A stretch of DNA of 64,000 bases from assembly GCF_008831285.2 (NCBI RefSeq), contig NC_045138.2:43400001-43464000 (forward strand), in the 5' to 3' direction. The position numbers and the translations under genes were made by a program. The stretch comes from Nymphaea colorata (Eukaryota). Under the pieces are notes generated by a model. That model did not search any database, was not told where the DNA came from, and was given only the letters and a program-made list of their open reading frames with translations. Positions 1-13,699 of this stretch are shown one piece after another. How positions within the stretch are numbered: the stretch's first letter is position 1; every line of letters begins with the position of its first letter.

Positions 1-482
1 ACGCGTCCAAGTGGTCCCCAAACGGCTAAAATCCTCCAATGCCGCCACTACCAAGGCCTTCTCTAATTGCTGTTACGAGGGGGAAGACAAATCCCCAAGC
101 TGAAAACGGATCCAACAGTGATAGCACAGTGAAAATCAGTGAGAGAAAGTACTTGATTGGAGAAAAATCGAAAACGAGCAGAAAATGGGGAGAGGGTTCG
201 GTCAAAAGGGGAAAAGAAGGCAGTGAGGGGAGAGGACGGGAGAGAAGAGAGAGAGACGGTGGAGAGTGAGACGAGTGACAGTGGGAGAGGGAGAGTCGTT
301 CGGTGGAGAGGGGAGACGAGAGACAGTGGGAAAGGGAGGGTCGTTCGGTGGAGAGGGGAGACGAGAGACAGTGGGAGAGGGAGAAGGGAAAGAAAACGGG
401 AAGGAGAAGAAAAGAGAAGAGAGGAAGAGGCAAGGGACGACAGGGTTCACCTCAACGCCGCCGTCGTCGCCGCCGCCGCCGC

Positions 483-514
<32 letters not shown>

Positions 515-714
515 CCGTCGCCGTCGCCGCCGCCGCCGTCGCCGTCGCCTTCTTCCCTGAGCTCCGGTCGTGGGTAAGGAAGAGACGGTAAGAGGAAAGC
601 GAAGGAGAAGAGAATGCGAGGGAGGAGGGACAGCGTCGGGCTCCTCTCGCGTGGGGCTAGGGTCCGGGTCTGGACCCTGACCCGACCCGCTCCGCCCAAA
701 CGCCGCGCGTTACA
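1..714 (-). mobile_element. Partial LTR of a Del/Tekay-like gypsy element, truncated by the window start
   Basis: Ends ...gcgcgttaca at 714 (TGTAAC start on minus). Colinear similarity to 40735-41475, e.g. ccccaa.cggctaaaat and ggtctggaccctga. CpG-rich, suggesting it is young. Confidence 0.7.
456..548. repeat. (GCC)n/(GCCGTC)n low-complexity repeat
   Basis: Direct reading; explains the poly-Ala/Arg/Pro ORFs in the track. Confidence 0.95.
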
Positions 715-1300
715 GCAATGCCGGTTGATCTAGTGCCCAGGAGGCGTGACCTGACCTCTCCCACCCAGAAAGGTGTGACTTGATTTGATTTGTGGCCCAA
801 AAAGGCATAAACAGTTGATGTTGATGACTGAAGGCCCAAGATGAGAGACGATTTGTAGGAGTGTCGAAATTATTAATTATATTAAAGTGATGCACTTTTG
901 ATTATGGCACTTTTATTCGTTGGTGAAGATCATGAGTCATGCAGAACATACTATCATCACTTCACATGCCCTGTGTTGAGCTTCTATGGTTGAGCTCTCA
1001 TCTCATCTGCAGTGCCTCCAAAGTATAAATAAAAATTCACCAATGAATGTGATGTCTCCCACCATATTAGTTACAAATTGCTTCTCCACAGGTTCTCTAA
1101 GATGTCTTGCTCGCTTAGGAAGACCAAGGATATCTGTGAACTCATCCATGACTATTTGCCCCATCGGAACCAGAAGGTGGAGGTGAATGGGTTTCACCAC
1201 TTTGCCAAAGTTTGTATGAGGTTTCCATTCACCACTAGCAAAGCTGATAGAGCAATTGTCTCCAACCCATAATCATCTAAGTGATATGGAAACACCATCA
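715..1300 (-). pseudogene. Degenerate Plant Mobile Domain (PMD/MAIN-like) ORF of an Ogre-like retrotransposon
   Basis: Minus-strand translation with stops and frameshifts: LIQTLAKW*NPFTSTFWFRWG..MDEFTDILGLP, matching the PMD pattern ALxERWxxxTxTFxFPxGExxITLxDxxxILGLP; later SWA...VYAFLG. Confidence 0.7.
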
Positions 1301-3893
1301 AGAACTGCTCTCGTAAGTTTGGGGCATGAGTTGATCAATGGGAATGGACTTAGTATATGGGTCTCCATGGAGGATGGTGTTAAGCATAGTGACTATAAGA
1401 CTACAATAGATGGGGATCAGACTTAAACACAATAGATCAATACACAATAGTGAAGAGACAATGCGTACCTGGGTCAACCCAATAGGAGGTTCAGACAACA
1501 TAATGAACATGTTTGACCAAGTTAGGGTGAAGAGACATCCTATGGTTGACTTCTAGGGATTGGATCAAGCATTTAAGGTCTTTGGACAACTTTGATAGGA
1601 GGGGAAACCATCACTTTTCAATGCACATCCAGGTTCTTAATGACAGATCATGAGATACATCAAGCATACTTCACACAGACTTTCAAGCAACACTCCCTTA
1701 ACACTCTTTCATACAATTTTGAAAAAGAAGGGCTTGGACTCCTAAATCAAGTCACATAGGGTTCCATATCAGTGTCACTTTCATAACATGTTATACCTAT
1801 ATACCTTGATTAGATCTAGAATGCAAGGCATAGACTCCTCCATATGAGTTCTATGGTTTTGGTTTCATTGTTTTCCTTGGTCACTTACTAATATACCAGG
1901 CTACTACTCAATACAGGTAAGGGGAGCCTTTGACCAACTCCATAGGCTGGTTCAGCTGTTGAATCCCCTCCCTTGGCTATTGCACATAGGGAGAATGAAA
2001 CCTTAGAGTGATTCTTCACATTTCTTTATTTCATCACATTCATTTTCCATGGGTAAATGATGCCCAAGTGATTGAACCCATAATCATGATGTGAATTTGA
2101 AGCTCCTTACTTACGTAGTTTGATAATGTTCTCATATAACTAATTTTGCACACTATATTCATAATACTATATCTCCTAGCCAAGGAAACCTTTTCCAATT
2201 TTGTAAAAGGAAGCTACTTGCTTGACATAAAAGGAGGCTAAGTCCCAAATTTTAGGAGAATCCACATCCGTTTGCCTAAACTTACTTCATTACAAAGATG
2301 GCTGCAAAGTAGGACAGCTGAAATTTTACAACAGTAAACAATATTTCTATTATAGGTTGTGCACTCCCTTTTTTGTGTTTATGCACAGGTCTCCTAACCA
2401 ACAGGTGAAAGATATTTTCTACTATACCGAAAGGATCACCCCAACTTTTAGCCTCATCAAAGCCCACTTGGTAGGTCTTCCTTAGCTTCTAATATGTTCG
2501 CCAGATTGTATGTTACAGTTCCAACCTTTCAAGATCTATGAATTTTGAATAGACGGTCCACCACCTAACATCAAATATAGGTTGCCTAGCCTCAATCTAA
2601 CACTTGAGTGTTGTTTATACCAGCCAAATAAAAGTTGACCTCAATTTTCAGAAAAGTTAGAGCTTGTTATTTATATATTTTCAAACTCTCAAAATCCTAT
2701 GTTCTGGAATGTAACATAGAAGTAGAATATTATCACATTCACCTTGATTTCACTTTTGGGATGTTTTTCACGTCATTCCTGGATTAAGTATCTTCCATGT
2801 GGTTAATAGACTCTCATATGATTTCACAGGCTGTCTAGGAAATCAAGGGTTTGGGTTAATTCGTGTTATGTTACATCAAAATTAGGCACATGTCCACACT
2901 CACTACCTGTCATCCATGTTTAGAACTTGTCATTACCTATAAATGTTTTCCACGCCTGATCAGTATTCCTTATAACATTTTGCATTCATTAGCTAAAGTT
3001 TCATGCATAGTTGACCTATATCCCATGATCAGGAGTCAATGTGAAACAGATCTGAAGTAGATAGATCTGTTGGTATGTAGGAACCATTCCAAATTAATAT
3101 CATGCATGTCATCTTCGGTTGTGATACTTTACACATGTCTAAGATGTTTATGTATTGTGGTTCCTAAAGTTCACCACTTTGAGTAGATATTTCCTTCATG
3201 TTCATTTATGTTCTAATTTTCATACATGCATCTGGTATCTAGGTTTGCATTGGGAAAACATGTACAAAATAAGAAGAATTGTCTACTACTTTTTCATATT
3301 ATAGAGGAATTTCGAATTGTGTATACATTCCTTTTGGGTTCTTTCTTGTTATGTTGTTCTTAATTTTGAGAATTTCATATTGAATATAGTTTTCCTTTCA
3401 TGAAAACATGTATGAAATGCTTTGTCATGCGTTGCAAATACTTGCACTTTGCAATTCTTTACAACATTGGCCAATGTGAATGATATCCACACATATGCAC
3501 CACTCTCTTAGAAACCAATGTGGGTTTGACACCATCCACATAGTAGCTAGAGCTTCATATCCAAAGAAGGTTGAATGCCTTGGCATTTTCGATGGCACAA
3601 TTTCAAATGAGCATCATGTTTTCTGAATGTGTTTTAAATATGATTTCAACTTTAGTTACATAAATGCAAGTTTCTAACTTGGTTTCAAATGCTATTTTCA
3701 ACTTGTTTTCTAAAATTATTTTTCAAAAACTTTATTTTGTAGCATGTGACACATCACTTTTGGATGTATGTGCTAAATTGGTTTCTAAAACCAGTTTTTT
3801 TCATCTACGTTCTAAATCAAGTTTCTAGCTTTTGTTTCAAAATTTAAATTTATATTCCAAACTTGGTTTATAAAATGCATGCATCATATAGCT
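715..3893 (-). mobile_element. Ancient Ogre-like LTR-retrotransposon remnant (LTR part, leader and PMD), boundaries approximate
   Basis: 1921-1968 (ggggagcc...ccataggctggttcagctgttgaatcccc) is an inverted homolog of 11721-11773, upstream of the PMD in both copies. Confidence 0.5.
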
Positions 3894-3896
3894 TTA

Positions 3897-5941
3897 GAGG
3901 CCGTTTGATGGCAATGGAACAAGCTAGAACAGGCACGTGCATTCCATTCATTATCATGTACATCAAGCGCTGTCTGGGAACATAACGGACAGAGCAGACA
4001 CTGGGACAGGGGCATATATTTCTCCCCTGTCCTATACCATTCTGTGGTTAACCACGGAACTGACAGGACGCTCGCTCGAGCTCGCCTCCCTCTCTTGATA
4101 CTCATCTCTCTCTCTCTCTCTCATTTCTCTCCAAGAGTGCTTGCACACTGCTCCTCACTGATGCTATGGAGATGAAGTTTGTCTCTCCCATCACTCACCA
4201 TGAATCACTGCTCACTGGTCCTCACAATGCGGCAGTGATGATATCCAACGATCAATTGCTATTTGCACTCTTTCTCCCTCTCTTAGTACCTGGATTTCTC
4301 GCCCATCTCTTGCTGCTTACCATAGTTTAGCAAGTATGACTGTTCTTCACCATCTATGTTCATTCTTCTCCCAATCTCCATCTTCTGAATGAGGGGTTTA
4401 GGGCATATAAAAGGCTCTGGTCTCCTACTCTAACCGATGACCATGCTTTGGAGCTTCATGAAAAAGCCATCGAGTTCTCTTACTCATTCTCTTTCTCTCC
4501 AGCTTCAGCGCTAAATCGCATGAGATGCTTCATTTGCAACCCTTCTACAGCCTTTTTGTAGCCAGCTTCATATCCGTCAAATGACACATTTCAACCCTTT
4601 GATGGCCAGCTTCATCCCTATATTGTGGAACGCCGCCTCATTGCAGCCCTTCTACAGGTAGGTCATAGATTTCTCTCACTCACTCTATCTTTCTTTCTCA
4701 CCCTTTCTCTCTCACTCATTGTCTACTTCCCTCACTCAAATTGTATTTTAGTAAGAACAACACATTTGCAGCTCTTTTGAAGTTATGTATCAAGACTTGC
4801 ACTCCACATGTTTGATAACATGTTTGATCTATGGAACTCTTTTGACAATAAAATATCTCAGGTTCTGGCTATGATTTTTTTTGAACTTTTTAGATTCATA
4901 ATGTTGGTCCTTGATGAATAATGAAAATCTCGCTCTGTAAAATCATTTCCTGCCCATGCCTCTAAAATGATAACTTACTACCGAAGGAATGAATTTTTAT
5001 CACTCCAACTGTGCCTATAAAGCGAAGAAGCAAAATCAGTCAGTTTCCACTCTCGGTTTTCACTCTGCTCACATCTTAGATTTTGGTCACACAAGGCAGT
5101 ACCACATTACCATAGACAGATTTCAGAATGTAAACAGAGGTTTAGAAGCTCCCCTGCAGTCCTTTCCACCAAAGAGGGGAAAAGTGAAGGCAAACATTTG
5201 AAAGAAGCTCAAGGCAGCAGTTTTCTGCAAGAAGGTTCATGACTCCATGGCTGCTGCAAAGTATTCTTGGTTTCCATCATCATCACTGAAGGGTAAAAGT
5301 TGACAGATATTGAAAGAAAAACTATCAAATGCTATGTTCTTTATTTTTTCTTTTGAATGCATGTCCATATGGAATCTTAGTGAAAATTTGGTGATAAACC
5401 AACAAGAATTGTGTACCGTGTGCCTTTGTACTGTGCTTTATACTGTGGATTCTTGTAAAAAGGGCATGACTCAGTTCAAGTCTCAGCATATCATTGTATT
5501 CAGTTCTATAGCTTAAACATAGAATTGGGAAACTGGTCAAGCGAACTTTCTTTGAACGAACTATCATAGCAAGCTCTGAGAGATCAACAGTCTTTCGAAT
5601 TAATGATCTCTTTCTCTCTCTCTCTCTCTTTATATATATATATATATATATGAGAAAGAGAGTGAGAGAAAACTATTGCTTCATCTTGGCTATTCAAACA
5701 ATTTCTTTGAGTATTGTTATAATGGAACAAGAGACTCCAAGAAACAAACATTGGACAGGCGAACAAGACAGACAATACAGGTAGAGATAAAACAAACGTT
5801 GGACATACGGAACATGATGTTCGTTCTTAAAACTGTCAAACGATGGACAGAGAACAACATTGACAGGATGGATAGAACAACAGTGTGATAGACAGAACGT
5901 CCTGTCGGTTCTATCCTATGGTACAACCATCAAACGACTTC
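3897..5941. mobile_element. Non-autonomous PIF/Harbinger DNA transposon
   Basis: TIRs GAGGCCGTTTGATGG (3897-3911) and CCATCAAACGACTTC (5927-5941), 13/15 match; TTA TSD at 3894-3896 and 5942-5944; subterminal GACAG/AACAG motifs; no transposase seen. Confidence 0.85.
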
Positions 5942-7766
5942 TTAGGATCCTTTAGACACCCCAAAATGTTTGATTGCCAACATGACCATTTCACTATTCT
6001 TGATGGAGATTTTTTCATTCCAATACAAAAGTGAAAGATTACACATACCTGGATTTTATAATCCAAATGTTAAGAAAATGACTACTTTGCCCTTAGTCAT
6101 CCTCAATTTGCCTAAATTTTGTCCAATTTTCATGAAATGACTTTAGACCTATTGTCTTTAGCTCAATTTGAGTTAATCGCCTAGAATCTAACTTATTTTT
6201 CATTTCAACTCATCTCTCTCACATGTCTAAAGTGCTTAGTGTTAATTCAAACTTTTGAGCTGAAATTCCCACAATATGGGATTCAAATTGGTGGTTTCTT
6301 TTTATCAATGTGATCAGGCATGTCTCAAGAGAGTCTTTCTATCAATGTGATCAGGCATGTCTCAAGAGAGTATTATCAACTTAAGTTTGATAGATTACCC
6401 TTAGATCACACAATTCACCATTGCCTTGGAGCGCACTATCTTGTCTGAATCTGGACATTATCCCTTGTGGCTTTAGAGCTAAATTATAATCAATCCCATA
6501 TTCTAATTTTTATCTAAGCAAACCAATGGATTTGACGTCACTCGAAGAGAGTATATCAATGCATCTATTTCTCCCAAACAAGTCAAAAATCACTGTTTTC
6601 CATTTTACCCCTCACATTTCCATTTTATAGCTTGGTCAACTTTGAAAGTTTTGTTTTTCCAATGGCAAATGAAGTCATTTTTTCATGAAATTTCAAATGA
6701 ACACACTTTTTTTGATTTGTCTATGATTTTACATAGTTTGATGTCCACCCAAACTCGCAGAACATAGTTTTTTGTATTAGTGGCAAACCAGTCTTTTGGA
6801 AAATGTGCATGATTTTCATATTTCTAAGTTAGGAGCCACATGAACTTAACTTACATGTTTTATATGCTAGACTTTATCCCAGCATGGCTCACACAGGGTC
6901 TGAGTTTGCCTTGAATTGAGCTCAGATCAAAATTGAACTCAGTCAGATCAATTTGATTTAAAACTAAACCTACTTGACTTGAGCCTGGTCTAGACGTATG
7001 TTTAGTGTAGCCCAAACTCAAAATAGGCCCAAGTCAACCTCTTGGCACTAAGTGTGAACTCATTGGAGCCCAAGCTCTAGATCTCAAGTCTTGATTTTTG
7101 AACTCCAAATATCCAATTTGGGTCTATAATATGCATTGTTTTAGATATGGAACTCATATATGACATCCAAAATCAATTTTCGCAATCTAGAGCATGATCT
7201 AAACCTTTGATCTCAATCCAAAATTCAATTCTATCTCAAGAGTTAGATCAGAATCCAAATCAAGCATCAGACCTTCAATCCAATGCTTTCAACTGATTTA
7301 TCATGAACACGATTGATCCTAGCCATCCATGTCAGGGCTAGCCAGGATTTTTCTTCATTTTCAAAAAAGAGGCCGTAAGAGTGCTGCCTTAGTCTAATGA
7401 AGTGTGGCCCCTTGATCAAATCTACAAGCAGATCTCAATCCTCAATCTATTGACACTTCAACAATCCATGTTTTTCATTTTCTGATTTTTTGATTGGCTA
7501 GAATTTGCTAAAATCTAGTAAAAAACCTTATAAATAGGGGTGAGATCGTTCCAACCTTTTATTCTCCTACTTTGGCACATTTTTCAAGATAAGCCCTCCC
7601 CTCTCTTGCTCATTTTATTCATTTTGGTTGATATTAATGATTTCCTTTCCTTTATCACAAATTCCAAGGCATTTCTAAGGGTTTGGACGTGGACCAGCAA
7701 GGGTGAAAGAGGAAAAGAAGAGAAAAAGAGGAAGAAGAAGAAAAGAAGAAAGATGAAAAGGGCATG

Positions 7767-7876
<110 letters not shown>

Positions 7877-10800
7877 AATCATGGATTTCATGTAGGCCTT
7901 ACTCCCCTTCTTCCATGTCCCTTTCTTCATTAGTTTCCTATTTTCTTACGTAAATCACAATGAACATGCACATGCACATAGTTTATTATTTTTGTTCATA
8001 CTTATTTGCTTTATGTGCTTAGATGTTATTTTCTTTACTTTGCTTTTGATTCCAGTATGATTAGTTGATTCCTTCATGTGATTAATTTGGTCACGTTTTG
8101 GGATTTTTACATAATCCAGTTTGAGAGATGTTAAATTTTAAGTTAAGAGAAAATCAGACTTGTTGTCGTGAGACTAATTTTCATGTGACTTCAAATGATT
8201 ATATCTCTCAAACCGGAAACTATTTTTGCGATCCATAAAAAACTGGTTTGTGTATATGTCTAGTGTGTGTACCAATTTTCATGCATTTTTTGTTATGATT
8301 TGACTCCTCTGTCATGTTGATTTTCAAAGTTGGTTTCTTATCTCAGATTTCTAACATAACTATGTTCTGAAATTTGTTAGCTTAATTGACTTGGTTGTCT
8401 CAATATAGTTGTCTAAATTAAGTTTTGTAAAAGCCAAAAGTTTTTCTAATGTGTCTAGTTCCTTCACTTTAAATTTCATGCGATTTCATGTTGATTTGAC
8501 TCTTTAATTTAATGTTTTATTCGGACTTGTCTTCTGTAACTTTTTTGTAAAACTCTACACAAAACAAAATTTCTACTAAATTTGCACATGTATTATTTTC
8601 CATGCAGTTTCACTTTCCAAGTGCTTTCAAGTTCTTTAGATTGTCTGTTATGACATGAGTTTGTCTTCAAATTTTTAGTGAAAACTGAGTTGTCTTTTCC
8701 TTTCAAATAGAATCATAAAGTGAGATATTTGAATAGTTCATTACAGAAAAGCAGATTGTTAGTCACTTTGGTACCTTATCATTTTATTGTCTAATTTTCT
8801 TTCTCAAATATCTAAATTTTTGCATATTCTTTGATATGTAGATGACATACAGCTCAAGATGGGCTTTCTAACCATACTTTACATCTCTTTGAAATTTGTA
8901 TAGAAACTGTTATAATAACTTGATCTTTTTTGCAAAATTTCTATTTTTTAAGTTATGGTATCAACTTGTTAGATGCACAACTTTCTCATCTGTAGGTCTT
9001 TTCTTATTATTCAAAGTTTAGTAGACTTTTGATGTGTAGAGTCTATAACCAAAATTTACATCAATCTATGCTGATTAGAGACATCTTTCACATTGACAAC
9101 TTTCGTGAGTTGAACTGTTTTATGGTTTTTTTGCTTTTTGTTTGCCTACAGAGAACCGTTTAGTAGTCTATGTTTTTTAGTCTATATCTTTATGTCAGTA
9201 AGAGATTTTTCAAAAACTTCAAGTGTGGTTGGAAGCTTTATATGCATAGAGTTTGTATACCAAATTTTGTGGTTATTGAGTTCCATCTCATTAACTTTTG
9301 CATTTGTGCAACATGAGCATTGAAGTTGTATTACTGTGTTATGGTACTTAGGCAAATTTTAGAGTCTGCCTACAAGTTGTAGTTTTTCATTTCTTATTCT
9401 TTTTTAGATCTATAAAGTTCTGCTGGTCCCCCGCTATGCAAAAAATCTACAGTCTGTCCCCAGTTATGCAAGAAATATACAGTCTAAATTTGAAGTTAAT
9501 CCAAGTTGTTTTTATATGTCTTGAGTCAAGAAAAAGTCATAGTAGTAAAACTATTTTCTACTGTTTTTGGTAGAAAATCTATTTTTTGAACTGTTTTTTT
9601 TTTGCTTAATATCTTTTTGTGAAAAATATTTTATTTCTATTTCCCACATAGTTAGAGATTTTCTGTCCAATTTTTTGGATTTTAAATAAGTTGTTTTCAT
9701 TTTTTCTTTATGGTAAAACCCCAAATTAAATATGATTAATCATGTGGATCATCATTTTAGGGGTTTTAAATGTGTTTGTTTGATTAACTATATTCATACA
9801 TTGTTAAATGTACATCATTTCAAAAATACTACATTTGAATTCCGATAAATGAATTTAGGGTTTTAAATGAGTTTGCAGCAATAGACCCTTCTCATTATCA
9901 AGTAAAAGCCCTAATTTCAACCTGAATTCCATATCATTTCGAAATATCATATCATTCATGTGTAAATATGTACTTTGCTTTGTTTTATTTTCATTAATGT
10001 GCTTAATTATGTGCATTCACGTAGTTTATTTTTGTAATGCATTGATTCATTTCAATATGCACATAGACTTAGGTTTCATATTAATTCAATTAGGATCATC
10101 AGATATATAGATGCAGCAATATCCCATGTATGTACTTGATTTGGGTTGATTATATGAAAATACAGTTTTTCAAAGCATAGTTTCAAAGACACTTTCAAAT
10201 TGGACTATTTCAAAGTTGTTTTAAAAACCTAGATTCATCCATAATTGAGGCTTGATCTTTAGTATTAAACTTACCTAAAAGCTTGGTCTTCTCTCAATAT
10301 CTTAATCAAGGCTTGTTATTGAGTCCACAATTATTTACCTAAGTTCAACCCCCTAGTCAAGTTGAACATGAACCCTGTTCAATTGAAAATTAAACCATAG
10401 TCATGGTAGACCTAAGCCCTAGCCAAGTTAAACTTAAGTCTGAGTCACTTAAATGCTAACCCTAGTTAGGTTGAAGTGTAGACCTTGGAGGAATTGGATC
10501 TAGATATGAGTAGATCAAATTTAAATATTAAATTTGAAATCAAATATAAGATGGGATTTCAATTTGATAGTAATGTGGAGCAAAGATATTAGACTATTAA
10601 ACTGATATCATATGAGAAGATTCAAGATTTGGACTTCATATCATCTTTGAATTTAGATTTCATGCAACTTGGGTCAGGAACTTAAACAATTATTCTAGAC
10701 ATTATAACCCAAACCCTGAACTTGGTTCGTTATACTTAGATCATGAACTTTGGATCAAAGATCTGTTGTCAATTCGATTTACACCTCTTAGCCAATTCTT

Positions 10801-12449
10801 ATTAGGATCTGAACTCAAACCCCATCTAGGATAACCCCAAGTCTAAGCCATGTATCCGAATCAATCAATGAATATTTAGATCATCCTTAAAGGTTTCATA
10901 TCTAATTTTGAATCAAGATCTCCCTAGGCCCACGTCCTAGATCTAGCAGCCATATCTCAATTATGCGTTGAATCTAGTCTTGCATGCTTTCATATTAGAC
11001 CTAGGAATTTTCTCTTGCATGGATCTATGATGAAATAGATAATGTACTATGTCACTTAATTCATGTTTCTCTAGTTTACACTCTCCAAATGCTGACCATC
11101 TCCTTAGTTTTCTAAAGCACTCCCATTTCAAAATTCAAGACTCTGCTTTGCATTTAGGTTTGACAACTATCACATTTTGTGACCTTAAATACTTAATCTA
11201 ATATATGAACTGATTACTCTGTTAAAGGTACTAGGAACGGTCAGATCTTGTACCAACGAATCGAGTTAATATGGAGGCGAGTTAATACAATCATTTTTTG
11301 TTCATCCCATGTAAGCGATCATGACGTACAAAATTGCAAAATTTTGCAGGATCAATAGAGTGGGGATCACGATGAGACTTGTTCTCGCTTTTTTATTTTG
11401 ACTCGATTAAGTGTCAAAGGTCTAATTGTTGTCCTACCCTTGGAGCCATTTAGGAATCTTTATGTTGTTTGTGCATTTTGATTGTTTAGGAGTTAGAATT
11501 GAGAAGGATCCTTCATGATCACATAGATTCATATCAAATGCAACCCTTCTCAATTTAGAAATTGATTGAAAACAATGTTTTTTCTCTCATAATTTCAACC
11601 TTCATCTTAGGCCCCATTGCATTAGAACCCTCTATAGCAAGTGTTCATATTTAAAACCACCTTGACCTATGTAATGCCCCGATCTATATGTCATAGTATT
11701 TTCTTGTTAAGCAATAGTTTTGGGGATTCAACAGCCAGACCTACCTATTGGAGGCAGGTATTGGTTCTCCCCTTACCATGTACTTGTGGAAAATGATCCT
11801 GTACATAGGTGAGGCCTGAGGAGAATGGAAAACTAACTTGTAAAACCCATGAAAGAGTTTATGCCATGTACATTAGATTCTATCCAAGTCTATCAGCATA
11901 CCATGCTATGAAGCTACTGATGATCATGAAAACCCTTAAGAAATTCAATATAGGTGTCCAAGCCCATTTTCAAAACAGTCTTGCTAGAACCATGTCTCTA
12001 GGGAGTGTTGTATTCATACATGTGTTTAACCTTGTTTGACATTTGTTTGACGAATGCATACTTCATGGAGTTTATTAACAGCTGGGTGTAGTTCTCAAAT
12101 TGTCCTCACCCTTACCATGTGAAAACCATCCAAAGTTTCAAAATCTAGTCATTCTACCACTTAGGATTTATCTTGGTCTATTATGAGCCAAACATGTCAA
12201 ACATTTTTTAACCTCTCTATTGGGTCGGCTTCAGTAGACACAGTCACTTTCAGTCCAGTTTGGCCATCTCAAGATCCTGATCAAATTGTCTATCTTGACC
12301 CCATTATCTTGTGTCTTCCAGTCACCGTATTCTAAACACATCCCCACTGTCACATTGTAAACTCCATCCTACAAGGAGACCTTGATATCGTCGTCTTCCT
12401 GAGGGATGCTCCTATTTCAGGGTAGTACTCAGAGTGACTGTAGTAGTTC

Positions 12450-13330
12450 TTGATAGCAAAGCCTAGATATCATGATGAATGTGGATTAGAGATATTTTCC
12501 TTTGCTCACAAGAAGGAGGTGAATGTATTGTTGATTCAAGTGTTGTCAAGATATGAAACCCCCTACACATGCACATTCTGGTTTCCGTGGGGAGAGATGA
12601 CACTGCTCATAGACAAGATCTCTAGCATCCTTGGTCACTTTGATCCAGCAAGCGACATCAGAGACCTAGTCAAAAGTCAATTCTTGGTCAACAAAAGGAT
12701 GGTCAACTACTAGGAGCTACTTCATAGACTGATTGGATTTAAAACATGGAACTTATAGTTAGAAAACAATACTCATCTCATGGACATCCACACCCACTTA
12801 GAGGCATGGCAGAGCATATGTTGGCCTAACTGAAGTCCACAAAAGAGAGGACCTAGAAGGCTATGCTTTTGTGCACTGTTGGACTACTCATCTTCACTAA
12901 CGGGCATGGTACTATGGACCTTCTCACACTACAATTGGGGGACCTACTACTCCAAGACCTTATCAGTAGCATGGCGGGGCTTGCCTTTTTATACAGATGA
13001 CTCACTAGACAAGCGATGTTGTAGTTGTCGACAGTCAAAGGATGCACCTGGTTTTTGTAGAAATGATTCTATCAACACACAATCTGAAAGAAGCAAGATT
13101 TCAGGCCATATAGTGACTACATTCTCTCTCTGCATGCATATCATCAGCTGCTAGATGACATGACTAAGGAACAGGTTGTGTGGGACTTTTGTGATCAAGA
13201 GGAGTGCCCAACCATGTATATTTACCACGAGTAGTACACCGAAATTTTACTGATGGGACCATTTTTGGTCATGCCTTATCACATGGAGAGATGCATAACA
13301 TAGTTCTATAAAATACAGTTGACTTCTTTT
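12450..13330 (+). pseudogene. Degenerate Plant Mobile Domain ORF
   Basis: LLIQVLSRYETPYTCTFWFPWGEMTLLIDKISSILG; KAMLLCTVGLLIF; HYNWG; LDDMTKEQVVW. These are PMD motifs in the expected order, broken by stops and frameshifts. Confidence 0.78.
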
Positions 13331-13699
13331 GATGTTCCAAAGGGAGATCCCATCATCATCGATCAACATTTGGGGTCCAAGGAATGGAAGCATGTCAGCA
13401 CTTTAGCAACAACAAATTGGACAATTATTTAGAGGAATGATCTTGTCCATGGTCTACCTAGTAGATCTAGATAGTATATGTCATGGTGGAGGAGTGTCAC
13501 CCAAATTCAAAGAGAGCCTTCCAAAAGTAGATATAGAACATGTTATAGTTTTGGAAATAAAATAGATTCAGAATCATCGAACACAAATTTAATTCTACCT
13601 ATATTGCACTAATCAACATAGAATGTGAAAATTGGTGATGTATTAAATGAATATCATGCACACAAATGCTTACAAATGGATCACTAGCCTGAATTTGAT

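Noticed and set aside
26..699. Overlapping ORFs rich in Ala, Arg, Pro and Gly
   Set aside because: Artefacts of GCC and GA low-complexity sequence within an LTR.
6303..6371. Exact short tandem duplication with period 37; similar small duplications near 9430-9485 and 61314-61430
   Set aside because: Ordinary local duplications inside decayed transposon sequence.
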